Part shown: piece after piece, positions 36,573 through 46,107 of the stretch
Layout of the letters: the number at the start of each line of letters is the position of its first letter
Numbering within the stretch: the stretch's first letter is position 1
Source: Dehalococcoidia bacterium
Lineage (GTDB): Bacteria > Chloroflexota > Dehalococcoidia > Dehalococcoidales > UBA3254
Length of the DNA: 64,000 nucleotides
Assembly: GCA_025361145.1 (NCBI GenBank)
Contig: JANYAV010000014.1
Location: 84,741 to 148,740, forward strand
Direction: 5' to 3'
The notes under the pieces: model-generated
Databases searched by the model: none
The model's input: the letters and a program-made list of their open reading frames with translations, nothing else
What the model was told of the DNA's origin: nothing
Made by a program: the position numbers and the translations under genes

Positions 36573-37751
36573 TCAGCTCGCTTTTTTAGATGTTTTGTTA
36601 TACAGGGGGGACATTCCGCGAAGTTTGGTCATAATCCGAGGTAAGACCTCCAGAACTTTATTGACATCTGCTTGTCTGGTCCATTTTCCCAGGCTGAAAC
36701 GGATTGAACAGCGGGCTTGCTCCGCAGGCACGCACATTGCAGTAAGTACATGGGATGGTCCCATGCTTTCCGAACTACAAGCTGAACCGGTGGAGGCGCA
36801 TACTCCTTCATAGTCCAGACTCAATAGAGTGGCTTCGCCTTCAACGTATGCCAGACTAATATTAACATTGTTAGGCAGTCTTTTCACCGGATGGCCGTTT
36901 AATTTTACCAAATCTATTTTGCTCAAAAGCCCATTAATGAGCTGATCGCGCAGACCTGACAATAGCTGGCCTTCTTCGACCATTTCAAGATTTGCAATTT
37001 CCACTGCCTTCCCAAAACCGACAATCCCTGGTGTATTATAAGTACTGCCTCGCCGGCCGTCTTCCTGGCCTCCGCCTATCATGAATGGCACCAATTTGGT
37101 ACCTTTTCGAATATATAAAACACCCACTCCCTTTGGCCCATATAGTTTATGCCCGGAAACCGATAGAAGATCAACATTCAACTCATTTACATTTATTGGC
37201 AAATGACCGAAGGTTTGCACCGAATCGGTATGAAAGTAAACCCCAGCCGTTTTTGTGATTTTGCCTATTTCAGCAATGGGTTGTATTGTGCCAACTTCAT
37301 TAGACGCATGTATGATAGTTACCAATATGGTTTGTGACGTTATGGCTTTTTTAACATCATCAGGATTAACCATCCCGTAATTATCAACAGGCAAATAGCT
37401 AATTTTAAACCCGCGTTTCTCAAGAAAATGACAGACTTCTAAGACGGCATGATGTTCAACTGAGGAAGTTATGATATGATTACCGCGTTCCTGATTGGCG
37501 TAGGCAATGCCTAATATGGCTGAGTTATCCGATTCAGTGCCACCACTGGTGAATATGACCTCTTCGGGAGAAGCTTTAATAAAATCAGCCGTGGTCTTGC
37601 GAGCCTTCTCAATAGCTGATCGGGCTTCCTGGCCAAACGAATGAAGACTGGAAGCATTGCCGTATTTTTCACCAAAATACGGCAGCATGGTCTTTATTAC
37701 CTCGGGATGAGCAGGAGTGGTGGCTGCGTAATCAAGATAAACCTTTGACAA
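36573..37751 (-). CDS. nifS: cysteine desulfurase (NifS family, canonical)
   Basis: 392 aa with the PLP motif SGHKLYGPKG and the Cys loop STGSACSS. The start codon is TTG, with GGAGG 7 nt upstream. Confidence 0.9.
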   Translation of the reverse strand: MSKVYLDYAATTPAHPEVIKTMLPYFGEKYGNASSLHSFGQEARSAIEKARKTTADFIKASPEEVIFTSGGTESDNSAILGIAYANQERGNHIITSSVEHHAVLEVCHFLEKRGFKISYLPVDNYGMVNPDDVKKAITSQTILVTIIHASNEVGTIQPIAEIGKITKTAGVYFHTDSVQTFGHLPINVNELNVDLLSVSGHKLYGPKGVGVLYIRKGTKLVPFMIGGGQEDGRRGSTYNTPGIVGFGKAVEIANLEMVEEGQLLSGLRDQLINGLLSKIDLVKLNGHPVKRLPNNVNISLAYVEGEATLLSLDYEGVCASTGSACSSESMGPSHVLTAMCVPAEQARCSIRFSLGKWTRQADVNKVLEVLPRIMTKLRGMSPLYNKTSKKAS

Positions 37752-37852
37752 AGGTCATACCTCCGTGTCAATTCAACAATTGCCTTAAACATATTAGATA
37801 ACAAAAAGATATATATGACAACCGCATAGCCATGATAAATAATTGTAACACT

Positions 37853-38464
37853 TCAAGTTTTATTTGAGATTATGAAAATACCCAGCAGAGAAAACAAATT
37901 GGGTAAATACTTTACTGGTTTCGCCTTTGCCAGATAGAAGGTCTTTTCCACTGTGATATCTCTTTTTTTACAATAGTCCCAAAAATCTGCAATACTGAGA
38001 AAATGAATGTTGGGGGTATTAAACCACTCATAAGGAAGTGATTTTGTGATAGGTGCTCTGCCTCTAATAGCTAGTTGTAAACGAGCGGTTATATTGGCGA
38101 AATTGGGGAAACCAACGATTGCTTTTCTGCCTATTCGCAGAGCTTCTTGGAGAACAATATCTGGTTTTTTAACCTGCTGAAAAGTTTGATTGAGTATAAC
38201 GTAATCAAAGGAATTATCAGCATAATCATCTAGTCCTGTATCTAAATCACCGTGGAAAACGCTCACTCCTTTAGCAACACATTCATAGATGGCTTTCTCG
38301 TTTATTTCTATTCCTTGCGATTGAATAATATTGCGCTCTTTTTTTAGTATCGCTAAAAGGTCACCGTTACCGCATCCAAGATCGAGAACACGTGAACCCT
38401 TCTCAATATTGTTTACGATAAATTTGTATTCCGGGTTGTAAACGATAGGTGTATTAGACTTCAT
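37853..38464 (-). CDS. metW: methionine biosynthesis protein MetW
   Basis: 203 aa with a SAM-MTase-like motif (VLDLGCGNGDLL). It lies immediately after metX, abutting it with a 1-nt overlap. Confidence 0.85.
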   Translation of the reverse strand: MKSNTPIVYNPEYKFIVNNIEKGSRVLDLGCGNGDLLAILKKERNIIQSQGIEINEKAIYECVAKGVSVFHGDLDTGLDDYADNSFDYVILNQTFQQVKKPDIVLQEALRIGRKAIVGFPNFANITARLQLAIRGRAPITKSLPYEWFNTPNIHFLSIADFWDYCKKRDITVEKTFYLAKAKPVKYLPNLFSLLGIFIISNKT

Positions 38465-39591
38465 TAATCACCATCTTTGACTCTCTCTAGGAAATGCTTA
38501 ATTAAATGGGATTCCTCTTCGATTTCCAATAAAAATGCGTCATGCCCGTATTCGGATTCTATTTCGCAATAGGTTGTATCCAGTCCTGATTGTTTACAAA
38601 CACGTACTATATCTTGAGTCTGGTAAGGGGGATACAACCAGTCTGATTTAAAAGCTATTACCAGAACTTTCAGATCGGGGTTGATAAGTCCCGCCCGGGT
38701 CTTTTTACCCTGAATCGGGTCATAGAGGTCCATTGCTTTAGTAATATATAAATACGAGTTAGCATCAAACCGGCCGACGAAGGCTTTTCCGCGGTGATGA
38801 AGATAGCCTTCTACCTCAAAATCACCAGTAAATTTAAAAGCTTTACGTTCGTCTTTTAAACGTCTACCAAATTTCTCCGCCATTGAACGGTCGCTCATAT
38901 ATGTAATGTGTCCGACCATGCGCGCTAAAGATAATCCTCTATCTGGAGGATTCCCTGTGTAATATGATCCATTATTCCAGTGTATATCTGCCATAATAGC
39001 CTGCCTGCCAACTTCATTAAAGGCTATCTGCTGAGGAGAATGGCGTAAAGCGGTGGAAATGGGTATTACGCTTTTTATCCGATTTGAATGACCAAACATC
39101 CACTCCAAAACTTGCATACCGCCCATTGAACCTCCGGCTGCGGCGAGTAGATGAGAAATACCCAGATGGTCGATTAGTTGTTCCTGCGCGTTGACCATAT
39201 CTCGTATGCCGATCAACGGAAAATTTAAGGCGTAGGGCTGGCTGCTGGATGGTGCAAGGCTGGAAGGCCCTGTGCTCCCCTGACAACCTCCCAACACATT
39301 GGAACAAATAATAAAATATTTATCTGTATCAAAGGCCTTACCATGACCTATCATGTCATCCCACCAGCCGGGACTTTTATCTCCATCGTGAAAACCGGCC
39401 GCGTGTGCGTCTCCAGTCAATGCATGAAGTATTAAGATTGCATTAGACCGCGAATTATTTAAGATTCCATAGGTCTCATAAGCCAGAGTGATGGGACCAA
39501 GCTTCTCGCCACTTTCTAACACAAGTTCATGAGGATCTTGACCAAAAGTGTAATATTTGGTTTCTACTTTACCTGATGCCGGTTTTACCAT
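38464..39591 (-). CDS. metX: homoserine O-acetyltransferase
   Basis: 375 aa alpha/beta hydrolase with GGSMGG and GHDAF. Confidence 0.92.
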   Translation of the reverse strand: MVKPASGKVETKYYTFGQDPHELVLESGEKLGPITLAYETYGILNNSRSNAILILHALTGDAHAAGFHDGDKSPGWWDDMIGHGKAFDTDKYFIICSNVLGGCQGSTGPSSLAPSSSQPYALNFPLIGIRDMVNAQEQLIDHLGISHLLAAAGGSMGGMQVLEWMFGHSNRIKSVIPISTALRHSPQQIAFNEVGRQAIMADIHWNNGSYYTGNPPDRGLSLARMVGHITYMSDRSMAEKFGRRLKDERKAFKFTGDFEVEGYLHHRGKAFVGRFDANSYLYITKAMDLYDPIQGKKTRAGLINPDLKVLVIAFKSDWLYPPYQTQDIVRVCKQSGLDTTYCEIESEYGHDAFLLEIEEESHLIKHFLERVKDGD

Positions 39592-39639
39592 TATGATCCT
39601 ATTAACAAAATATATATTACTATTGTACTCATAATTATC

Positions 39640-39668
39640 ATATTATTCTAAATAGCCTCAAATGTCAA
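39640..39668 (-). promoter_or_regulatory. sigma70-type promoter for metXW
   Basis: On the minus strand, TTGACA (39663-39668) is separated by a 17-nt spacer from TAATAT (39640-39645). Confidence 0.5.
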
Positions 39669-39691
39669 AGAAAACGCAATTAATATACACT

Positions 39692-39721
39692 AAAAAGCCT
39701 GTAAGATTTATTCCTACAGGC
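39692..39721 (-). terminator. intrinsic terminator about 160 nt after the YqeB-like gene
   Basis: On the minus strand, the stem GCCTGTAGGA/TCTTACAGGC (with one G-U pair) is followed by CTTTTT. Confidence 0.6.
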
Positions 39722-39881
39722 CTGTTGACTGTTGACCGATATCCTTTTATTTTCGCATAAAGTCCGAACCGGTAACATGCCACGGCCTGCCCATCTTCAT
39801 TTTAGATGCTCCGCTACTTAAATATTGTAGGACCAAATTCGACGATATACTCTTTCCCTTCAACATGCACGTTGACTCAGT

Positions 39882-40691
39882 TTATTGAATATCTTCCTCA
39901 ATATTTAAACTCATTAAAATGGCCTCCAGCACTCCACCACTGACAATCCTCATATCCTTGCTAATATTAAAGCTAACCGTTTTATCATTGACCGAATCAA
40001 TTTCAATTAGTTCGGTATTGTTCAGTACTTTCGTTTCATTACGTAGGATACCGCGAACAACCCCATCCGCGGGAGAAACTAAAGAAATATCGTTTAATTG
40101 GCCTATTATATCTCCCGATAATACTATATCCCCTATGTTTCTTTCTGTAGTAAACACTCCTGCGTCTTCAGCTTTCAAAATGTGACTGGCCAACAAATCC
40201 GGCTCTTTTTCTATATTTTCAACTTCACCCTCAATAACTACTTTGCCCAAGTTTTCACCGGGATTCGTATCTATTACTAAATGTACATCCGTTCCTACTG
40301 TAAAACCCGGACCAATCCCGATCACCAGAGGAGCGTCTGACATTTTAGTGCTGGTTTGTCTGCCCAACATTAAAGCGTTGATTAACACATCCGGCTTGAT
40401 AAGTGGTTTAACGGTCAGTTCCGAATCAACGACTATCGGGATTCTTTCATTACGCCAAACCTTGTAAATAGTTTCCAAGGATAACAGTGTACGTTCTGCC
40501 TTTATTCCATCAATATTTTTGTCTGTTTCATAAACTGCTTCAGAATAACAAACGCCACGCCTTAGAGATGTTGGGCTTGCTATCTCGGTCATACATACCC
40601 TGAAATGGCATCGGGTGAGAATATTAGCAATAGCACTGCCAACCTCACCTCCACCGCGAATGACTACAATCAATTCGGATAACTTTCTCAT
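39882..40691 (-). CDS. YqeB/EF2563-family (TIGR03309-like) selenium-dependent molybdenum hydroxylase system protein
   Basis: 269 aa. The N-terminus VVIRGGGEVGSAIANILTRCHFRVCMTEIASPTSLRRGVCYSEAVY matches my recollection of that family. No database search was run. Confidence 0.55.
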   Translation of the reverse strand: MRKLSELIVVIRGGGEVGSAIANILTRCHFRVCMTEIASPTSLRRGVCYSEAVYETDKNIDGIKAERTLLSLETIYKVWRNERIPIVVDSELTVKPLIKPDVLINALMLGRQTSTKMSDAPLVIGIGPGFTVGTDVHLVIDTNPGENLGKVVIEGEVENIEKEPDLLASHILKAEDAGVFTTERNIGDIVLSGDIIGQLNDISLVSPADGVVRGILRNETKVLNNTELIEIDSVNDKTVSFNISKDMRIVSGGVLEAILMSLNIEEDIQ

Positions 40692-40906
40692 GACTTCCCC
40701 CCGGTTAGCATATTTTAGTATCCTATTGTACTCTATCCTCCATGGAATAAAAAGATGGAATGTTTAACTCACGTACTGAGACACCACCGGTCGATAGTTT
40801 GATTCAAACCCTTCAAAACAGTTGTAACATATGAGAATATTAGGTTGCTATTTAAACTTCCTGCTTTCAATGCCAAATAATTAATTTGAAAAAAGCTAGA
40901 GCTATA

Positions 40907-42499
40907 TTATTTGACTATAGTTACGTCGCTTAATGGGGCAAAACCCAGAGGACTATAATAGAATCCTTTGACATAGGGTTTCACTAAATAATAGCTTTCG
41001 CCAAACGTGATAGGTATACAGCTGGAGTTGGTAATCAATAATTCCTCAGCCTTCTGATATGAAACGTATCCCTGATTTTTATCCTGAGTTATATTAGCTT
41101 GAGAAACCAAAGAGTCGTATTCCGCGTTACTGAATCCTCCATAGTTATACTCTGAACCTGATCTGAAGAGTACATCCAGAAAGTCCTGAGGATGAGGATA
41201 ATCAGCACTCCAGGACATGTCAAACATATTGTCTATTTCTTCTTTGGTATTATAAAAATATCTTTTCGGTTCAAGTTCCCTGATGGTCACAGTAATACCC
41301 AGGTTTTGCTGCCACTGATATATCAATGCTTGTAAAACAGCTCCTGCAGACCCACCGTAACCAGAGGTAGTAAAAACAATGGGAGGTAATTTGGAAATAT
41401 CTCCATATTTAGAGGCTTTAATGAGATTTTTTGCTTGGGGAACATCAAATGAGATTTGCGATATATTGGGGTTATAGCCAGGCATGCCTGGAGGTAAAAT
41501 ACCATCGGCTCTTTTCTCCATATCCCGATAAATCAAGTTAATAATCTTGTCTTTATCGATTGCCAGACTAAAAGCCTGGCGAACAGCGACGTCGTCAAAT
41601 GGCGGTTTAGTGCAGTTAAAGCCGATGTAATATACACTTAAATTGCTGGAAATATTCAAGTCCTGATAAAAAGGCCCGGATTTATCTGTTACTTTATCTA
41701 TATCCATGGTTGATACGCCGGTTACATCGAGATCACCCATTTCATATAGATCCATGGGCACACCGCTATAAAAACTATATTGTATTTGATTTAAACCACC
41801 CTTTGATCCGTAATAATTGTCATTCCTTATCAAGGTCAAGGATTGGTTTTTAATCCACTGACCCAATTTAAAGGGACCTGTCCCATTGGGTTTATGCCAC
41901 CAATCGGAACCCGTTTTCACGTTTTCCTGGTCAACTACGAAGGTAGTGGGATAGGTCATTTTGTAGAGAAAATAAGCTTTGGGAGAATCAATAGTCACCT
42001 GCAAAGTCGAGTCATCGATCACCTTAACACCGCTGATGGAAGAAGTTTGTCCTTCTAACACTGCTTTAATACCGATTATATCGCCGAGATAAGTGGAAGC
42101 AGTCCGTGATCCAGTAGCCGGATTCGCCGCTCGTTGCCAGGAATATTTAAAGTCACTTGCCGTCAGGACCTTATTATTTTGGAACTTAACATCCTTGCGC
42201 AAGTGAAAAGTATAGACTGTACCATCAGGGCTGATATCCCAGTTTAGCGCTATATCAGCCACTGGTTCCAAATTCTTATCAAGTTTAAGTAAGCCAGAAT
42301 AAATTTCCATGATATATTGGGCCGAGGTAGTTTCAGTCGACACAGCCGGGTCCAGTGTGGTGGGGTCTATGTCGGCCAATTTTAAGATACCAGCGTTGGA
42401 TGTAACGCCGGGAATATTACTTCCAACCGAGCCGCAACCAATAATAATTATTGAAAATAAAACAGTTACTAAAAGCAAAATAAAAAGTTTATTTTTCAA
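40907..42499 (-). CDS. ABC transporter substrate-binding lipoprotein, family 5 (peptide/nickel type)
   Basis: 530 aa with a lipobox-like IIIGCGS and SBP family 5 length and pattern. No permease or ATPase gene is adjacent. Confidence 0.85.
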   Translation of the reverse strand: MKNKLFILLLVTVLFSIIIIGCGSVGSNIPGVTSNAGILKLADIDPTTLDPAVSTETTSAQYIMEIYSGLLKLDKNLEPVADIALNWDISPDGTVYTFHLRKDVKFQNNKVLTASDFKYSWQRAANPATGSRTASTYLGDIIGIKAVLEGQTSSISGVKVIDDSTLQVTIDSPKAYFLYKMTYPTTFVVDQENVKTGSDWWHKPNGTGPFKLGQWIKNQSLTLIRNDNYYGSKGGLNQIQYSFYSGVPMDLYEMGDLDVTGVSTMDIDKVTDKSGPFYQDLNISSNLSVYYIGFNCTKPPFDDVAVRQAFSLAIDKDKIINLIYRDMEKRADGILPPGMPGYNPNISQISFDVPQAKNLIKASKYGDISKLPPIVFTTSGYGGSAGAVLQALIYQWQQNLGITVTIRELEPKRYFYNTKEEIDNMFDMSWSADYPHPQDFLDVLFRSGSEYNYGGFSNAEYDSLVSQANITQDKNQGYVSYQKAEELLITNSSCIPITFGESYYLVKPYVKGFYYSPLGFAPLSDVTIVK

Positions 42500-43197
42500 A
42501 ATAGACCTTCCCTTTTCAAACTGAGAAACTGCTCATCACCCAGAATGATATGATCGACTATTTCAATACCTACGATATCCCCGCTTTCTTTCAAACGTTT
42601 AGTCAGTTTGATATCGTCCTGGGATGGTTGGGGATTACCGGAGGGATGATTGTGGGCTACTATAATGGATGATGCGCTAGCTGAGATAGCTTCTTTAAAA
42701 AGCTCTCGGGGATGGACAATACTGGTATCCAGGCTACCGATGGAGATTTCTACGGATTTTATAATCTTATTGCGGGTATCCAGCAAAACAGCCCAGAAAT
42801 ACTCTTTCTTCTTCGCTCTAGCTTTACATTGCAACTCTTTATAAACATCCTCAGGGGATGTAATCACAGCACTCTCTTTGTCCAATTTTTGACTCCAACG
42901 GTTACCTAACTCAAAAGCAGCTTTAATCTGGCAAGCTTTAGCTGGTCCGATACCCCTGACTTGACAAAGTTCTTGGGTAGTAGCTTCTGCAATCCCCTTT
43001 ATCGTTTCAAATTTGTCCAGTAAGCGCTGAGATGTGATCATTACTGACTCATGGGAGATTCCTCTACCCAAAACAATTGCAAGTAACTCTTGAGCAGACA
43101 AATATTCTGCGCCCAATCTTTGTAATCTTTCCCTGGGGCGCTCATTCCGTGGTAAATCCCTAACCGTAAAACTCGTTTTTAAGATTTCTTTACTCAT
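42496..43197 (-). CDS. radC: RadC-family JAB/MPN domain protein
   Basis: The JAMM motif HNHPSGNPQPSQDD and an N-terminal HhH are present. The ATG at 43197 (MSKEILK) is preferred over 43245. Confidence 0.85.
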   Translation of the reverse strand: MSKEILKTSFTVRDLPRNERPRERLQRLGAEYLSAQELLAIVLGRGISHESVMITSQRLLDKFETIKGIAEATTQELCQVRGIGPAKACQIKAAFELGNRWSQKLDKESAVITSPEDVYKELQCKARAKKKEYFWAVLLDTRNKIIKSVEISIGSLDTSIVHPRELFKEAISASASSIIVAHNHPSGNPQPSQDDIKLTKRLKESGDIVGIEIVDHIILGDEQFLSLKREGLF

Positions 43198-43202
43198 TAT
43201 AT

Positions 43203-44327
43203 TTAGGGACTTTTGGCCTCTCGAATCTTTATCCATAATTTCCATTGGGAATCCAAACCTTCAATATCAAAACCATACACAGTTTGAAACGCCTGGTCGT
43301 AAGTGCTTCCGTTTTTAAATGTGTTCAGAAGTTTAAGCATTTTATCAGCCCTATATTGTGTGATCAAGTAATCAACCAAACTATAACTTTGAGCGTAGCT
43401 TAAACTTGCTTTATCAGAATATGCCGAAAAAGGGCTGCATATACTACGGACGCTAAAAAGTGTATTGTTGGCCACTGCTAACGACAGAGGCACGGTAAAT
43501 TGTGTAGTTAACGTGCCCTGGTTATGCATGGCTAAGCCTTCATTTAACCAGACCGGCAGGTCACTATAGGGATTAAAAGTGACTTGATTGATAACATTAT
43601 GGGTTAACTCATGGGTCATAGCTCCCTGTCCCCACACCAGATTACCCGGGCTGATACCTATCGCAATAATGCTGTATTGGGTAAAGGCCACGCCACCCGT
43701 CCATTCATTGGGAAATATCATCGAACCTTGTAAGGCATTAGAATCCGCATAGATATAAATGAAAATATCCCGATCCGGAACAGCACCGGTATCCTTTTGC
43801 AATTGTACCAACGCTTTTTGGGCTGTAGCCATCAAAGTCTCAGCAAAAGCAGAATCTCCCTGATACCAGAACAGATTAACCTTGCCTTGCTTTAGAGTTT
43901 GCCATTTGTAGCGATTATCTGAAATTTGAAAAGTGTTTGGGACTGATTCTATTACAGTTCCGGCAGCATCTTTAACCACCCACCAATATGTTAGATTAGC
44001 GCCAGGTGGCAGACCACCTACTTTTCTCAAGTCCAATTTATAAGCGGCGTTAATCACGAAATCTGGTTTTATACCTATAAACGCTTCACTGGTGACATCC
44101 GCAAAGCTCATTTGATCTATTTTATACCTTAGTCGCACATCAACAATATTTACTTGGCTATTAATGCGGGCGGAAAAATTCAACGCTAACGGGAAATCCA
44201 TTATCGCGGAACTATCGTTCACCGTAATGGCGCTTGAATTTTCGGCTGCTACAGGAGAGATAATGGAACCGATAATAAAAAGAACTAAAACTAACGCAAT
44301 TCCAATTAAACTTAGCTTTTTATTCAT
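43203..44327 (-). CDS. secreted or membrane-anchored MA-clan zinc metallopeptidase-like protein
   Basis: The HELTH (HExxH) motif and an N-terminal signal/anchor are present. The ATG at 44327 has GGGAGAG upstream and overlaps the prfB stop. Confidence 0.7.
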   Translation of the reverse strand: MNKKLSLIGIALVLVLFIIGSIISPVAAENSSAITVNDSSAIMDFPLALNFSARINSQVNIVDVRLRYKIDQMSFADVTSEAFIGIKPDFVINAAYKLDLRKVGGLPPGANLTYWWVVKDAAGTVIESVPNTFQISDNRYKWQTLKQGKVNLFWYQGDSAFAETLMATAQKALVQLQKDTGAVPDRDIFIYIYADSNALQGSMIFPNEWTGGVAFTQYSIIAIGISPGNLVWGQGAMTHELTHNVINQVTFNPYSDLPVWLNEGLAMHNQGTLTTQFTVPLSLAVANNTLFSVRSICSPFSAYSDKASLSYAQSYSLVDYLITQYRADKMLKLLNTFKNGSTYDQAFQTVYGFDIEGLDSQWKLWIKIREAKSP

Positions 44328-45421
44328 TTTCTCTCCCAATCCCTGAACGTAAGAAAGCCGTAATAAATTCGTCCAGGTCGCCATTCAACACCGCATCTGG
44401 ATTACCTGATTGAAAATCCGTACGGTGGTCTTTTACCATTTTGTAAGGATGCAGAACATAGCTCCGTATTTGATTGCCCCACCCAGCCTCAATTCGCGTA
44501 CCTTTCAATTTAGCTTTTTCTTCAGCCTGCCGTTCGAGTTCTTTTTCAAATAAGCGGGCTTCAAGAATTTTCATAGCAATATTCTTATTTTGCAATTGTG
44601 ATCGCTCACCCTGGCTGGCCACAACAATACCTGAAGGTAAATGAGTAATCCTGACAGCGGTACTACTCTTCTGCATGTGCTGTCCGCCCGGGCCACTGGA
44701 ACGATATACTTCGATCTTAATATCCTCAGGAAGCACAGTTACATCAACATTAGTTTGAGCTTCAGGGATGACTTCAACCAGCGCGAAGGAGGTGTGCCGG
44801 GCATGGTCGGCATTAAAGGGTGAAAGACGCACCAGGCGATGCACACCATGTTCTGACCTTAAATATCCGAAGGCATGGTCACCCGCAACACTAATCACCA
44901 CACTTTTAATGCCAGCTTCTTCCCCGGGTGATAAATCTAGAATCTCAGTTTTATAAGAACGCTTTTCAGCCCAGCGCAGAAACATGCGTAGCAGCATATC
45001 TGTCCAGTCCTGCGATTCAGTACCCCCGGCCCCTGCGTGAATAGCTAAAATAGCGTTGCGGTCATCATACCTGCCGCTGAAAGCCATTTCAAATTCCATT
45101 TGCTCCAACAGTGAGGATACCTGATCAATTTCAGTTTGAACGCCTGTTAATAATGAATTATCTTCCACGGCGAGAGTTAATAACTCAGAAGCGTCATTCA
45201 AACTCTTTTCCAGATTACGCCATTTATCGACAATCTTACGCGTATCCACCAGTTGTTTCATAATGCTCTGGGCCTTATTCTGATCTTGCCAGAAATCTAT
45301 CCCGTAGGTGACTTGTTCCAGATCGGCTACGATTACTTCTTTACTTTTGATGTCAAAGACGCACCAGTGCGGACGACACCCTAGCCTTCATGTCCTCGAT
45401 TTTACCTTTAAATTCTTGCAT
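44320..45421 (-). CDS. prfB: peptide chain release factor 2, expressed through a programmed +1 frameshift
   Basis: Frame 0 runs 45421-45356 (MQEFKGKIEDMKARVSSALVRL) and ends in CTT TGA C. The +1 frame 45354-44320 continues DIKSKEV... and carries the SPF and GGQ motifs. The total is 366 aa. Confidence 0.93.
45352..45358 (-). other. prfB +1 frameshift site CTT-TGA-C
   Basis: The canonical slippery CUU followed by an in-frame UGA C was read directly on the minus strand. Confidence 0.85.
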
Positions 45422-45762
45422 TAATCCAATCCTAAATACTGAAAATACCCCCGACCTTCCTGATAGGTTTTACGGGAGTTCCAGTAAACTGTATTACTAA
45501 CAACATTGTAACACCCAATGTATATAAGTTGGTAGATCAATTTTGTGCCAGACCAATATAAAGGTTTTTTATGCTTGGGCAGGATCAAGGTTCAAATCTT
45601 AGGCTGAACACATTATTTTGTTCAAATTATACTCAGCATCTGCAAAACACATATTTGTATTAAGTTTAGTTATATTATCAATCAAGTTAAATACATAAAA
45701 CTAATTTTAAGTCTATAATATAAATAAATTCAAAATAAGCTTGGGTAATAATTATCATTAAG

Positions 45763-45792
45763 TTGACATTCAAGCCTGTTATACTGCATAAT
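45763..45792 (+). promoter_or_regulatory. candidate promoter for rpsP
   Basis: TTGACA (45763-45768) is separated by an 18-nt spacer from CATAAT (45787-45792). Confidence 0.45.
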
Positions 45793-45837
45793 TACCCAAG
45801 ATAGTATGCTTTTTAAATCTAAAGGAAATAAGGAAAG

Positions 45838-46107
45838 ATGGTAAAGATTAAACTTAAAAGAGTAGGCGCCACGAAACAACCCAGCTATAGATTAGTTATT
45901 GCAGATTCGAGGTCTTCCCGTGATGGTAAATTTATCAACATCATCGGGCACTATAATCCTCGCTCAACGCCCGAAGAATTGGTTATAGATGAAATCAAAG
46001 CGCTTGAATGGCTCAACCAGGGAGCTCAACCCACTGCTACCGCTGCCAGATTGCTAAATAAGGCAGGCATCTTAGATAAGTTCAACGCGAGCAAGGAGAA
46101 ACCATGA
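45838..46107 (+). CDS. rpsP: 30S ribosomal protein S16
   Basis: The N-terminus is MVKIKLKRVGATKQPSYRLV. Confidence 0.95.
   Translation: MVKIKLKRVGATKQPSYRLVIADSRSSRDGKFINIIGHYNPRSTPEELVIDEIKALEWLNQGAQPTATAARLLNKAGILDKFNASKEKP

Noticed and set aside
39592-39881. Possible SAM riboswitch or Met T-box upstream of metX
   Set aside because: I looked for the SAM-I core elements and for the T-box GGTGGTACCGCG motif on the minus strand and found neither. The hairpin with a U tract at 39692-39721 is followed by a TTGACA-17-TAATAT promoter. The simplest reading is a terminator for the upstream gene followed by the metXW promoter with a leader of about 45 nt.
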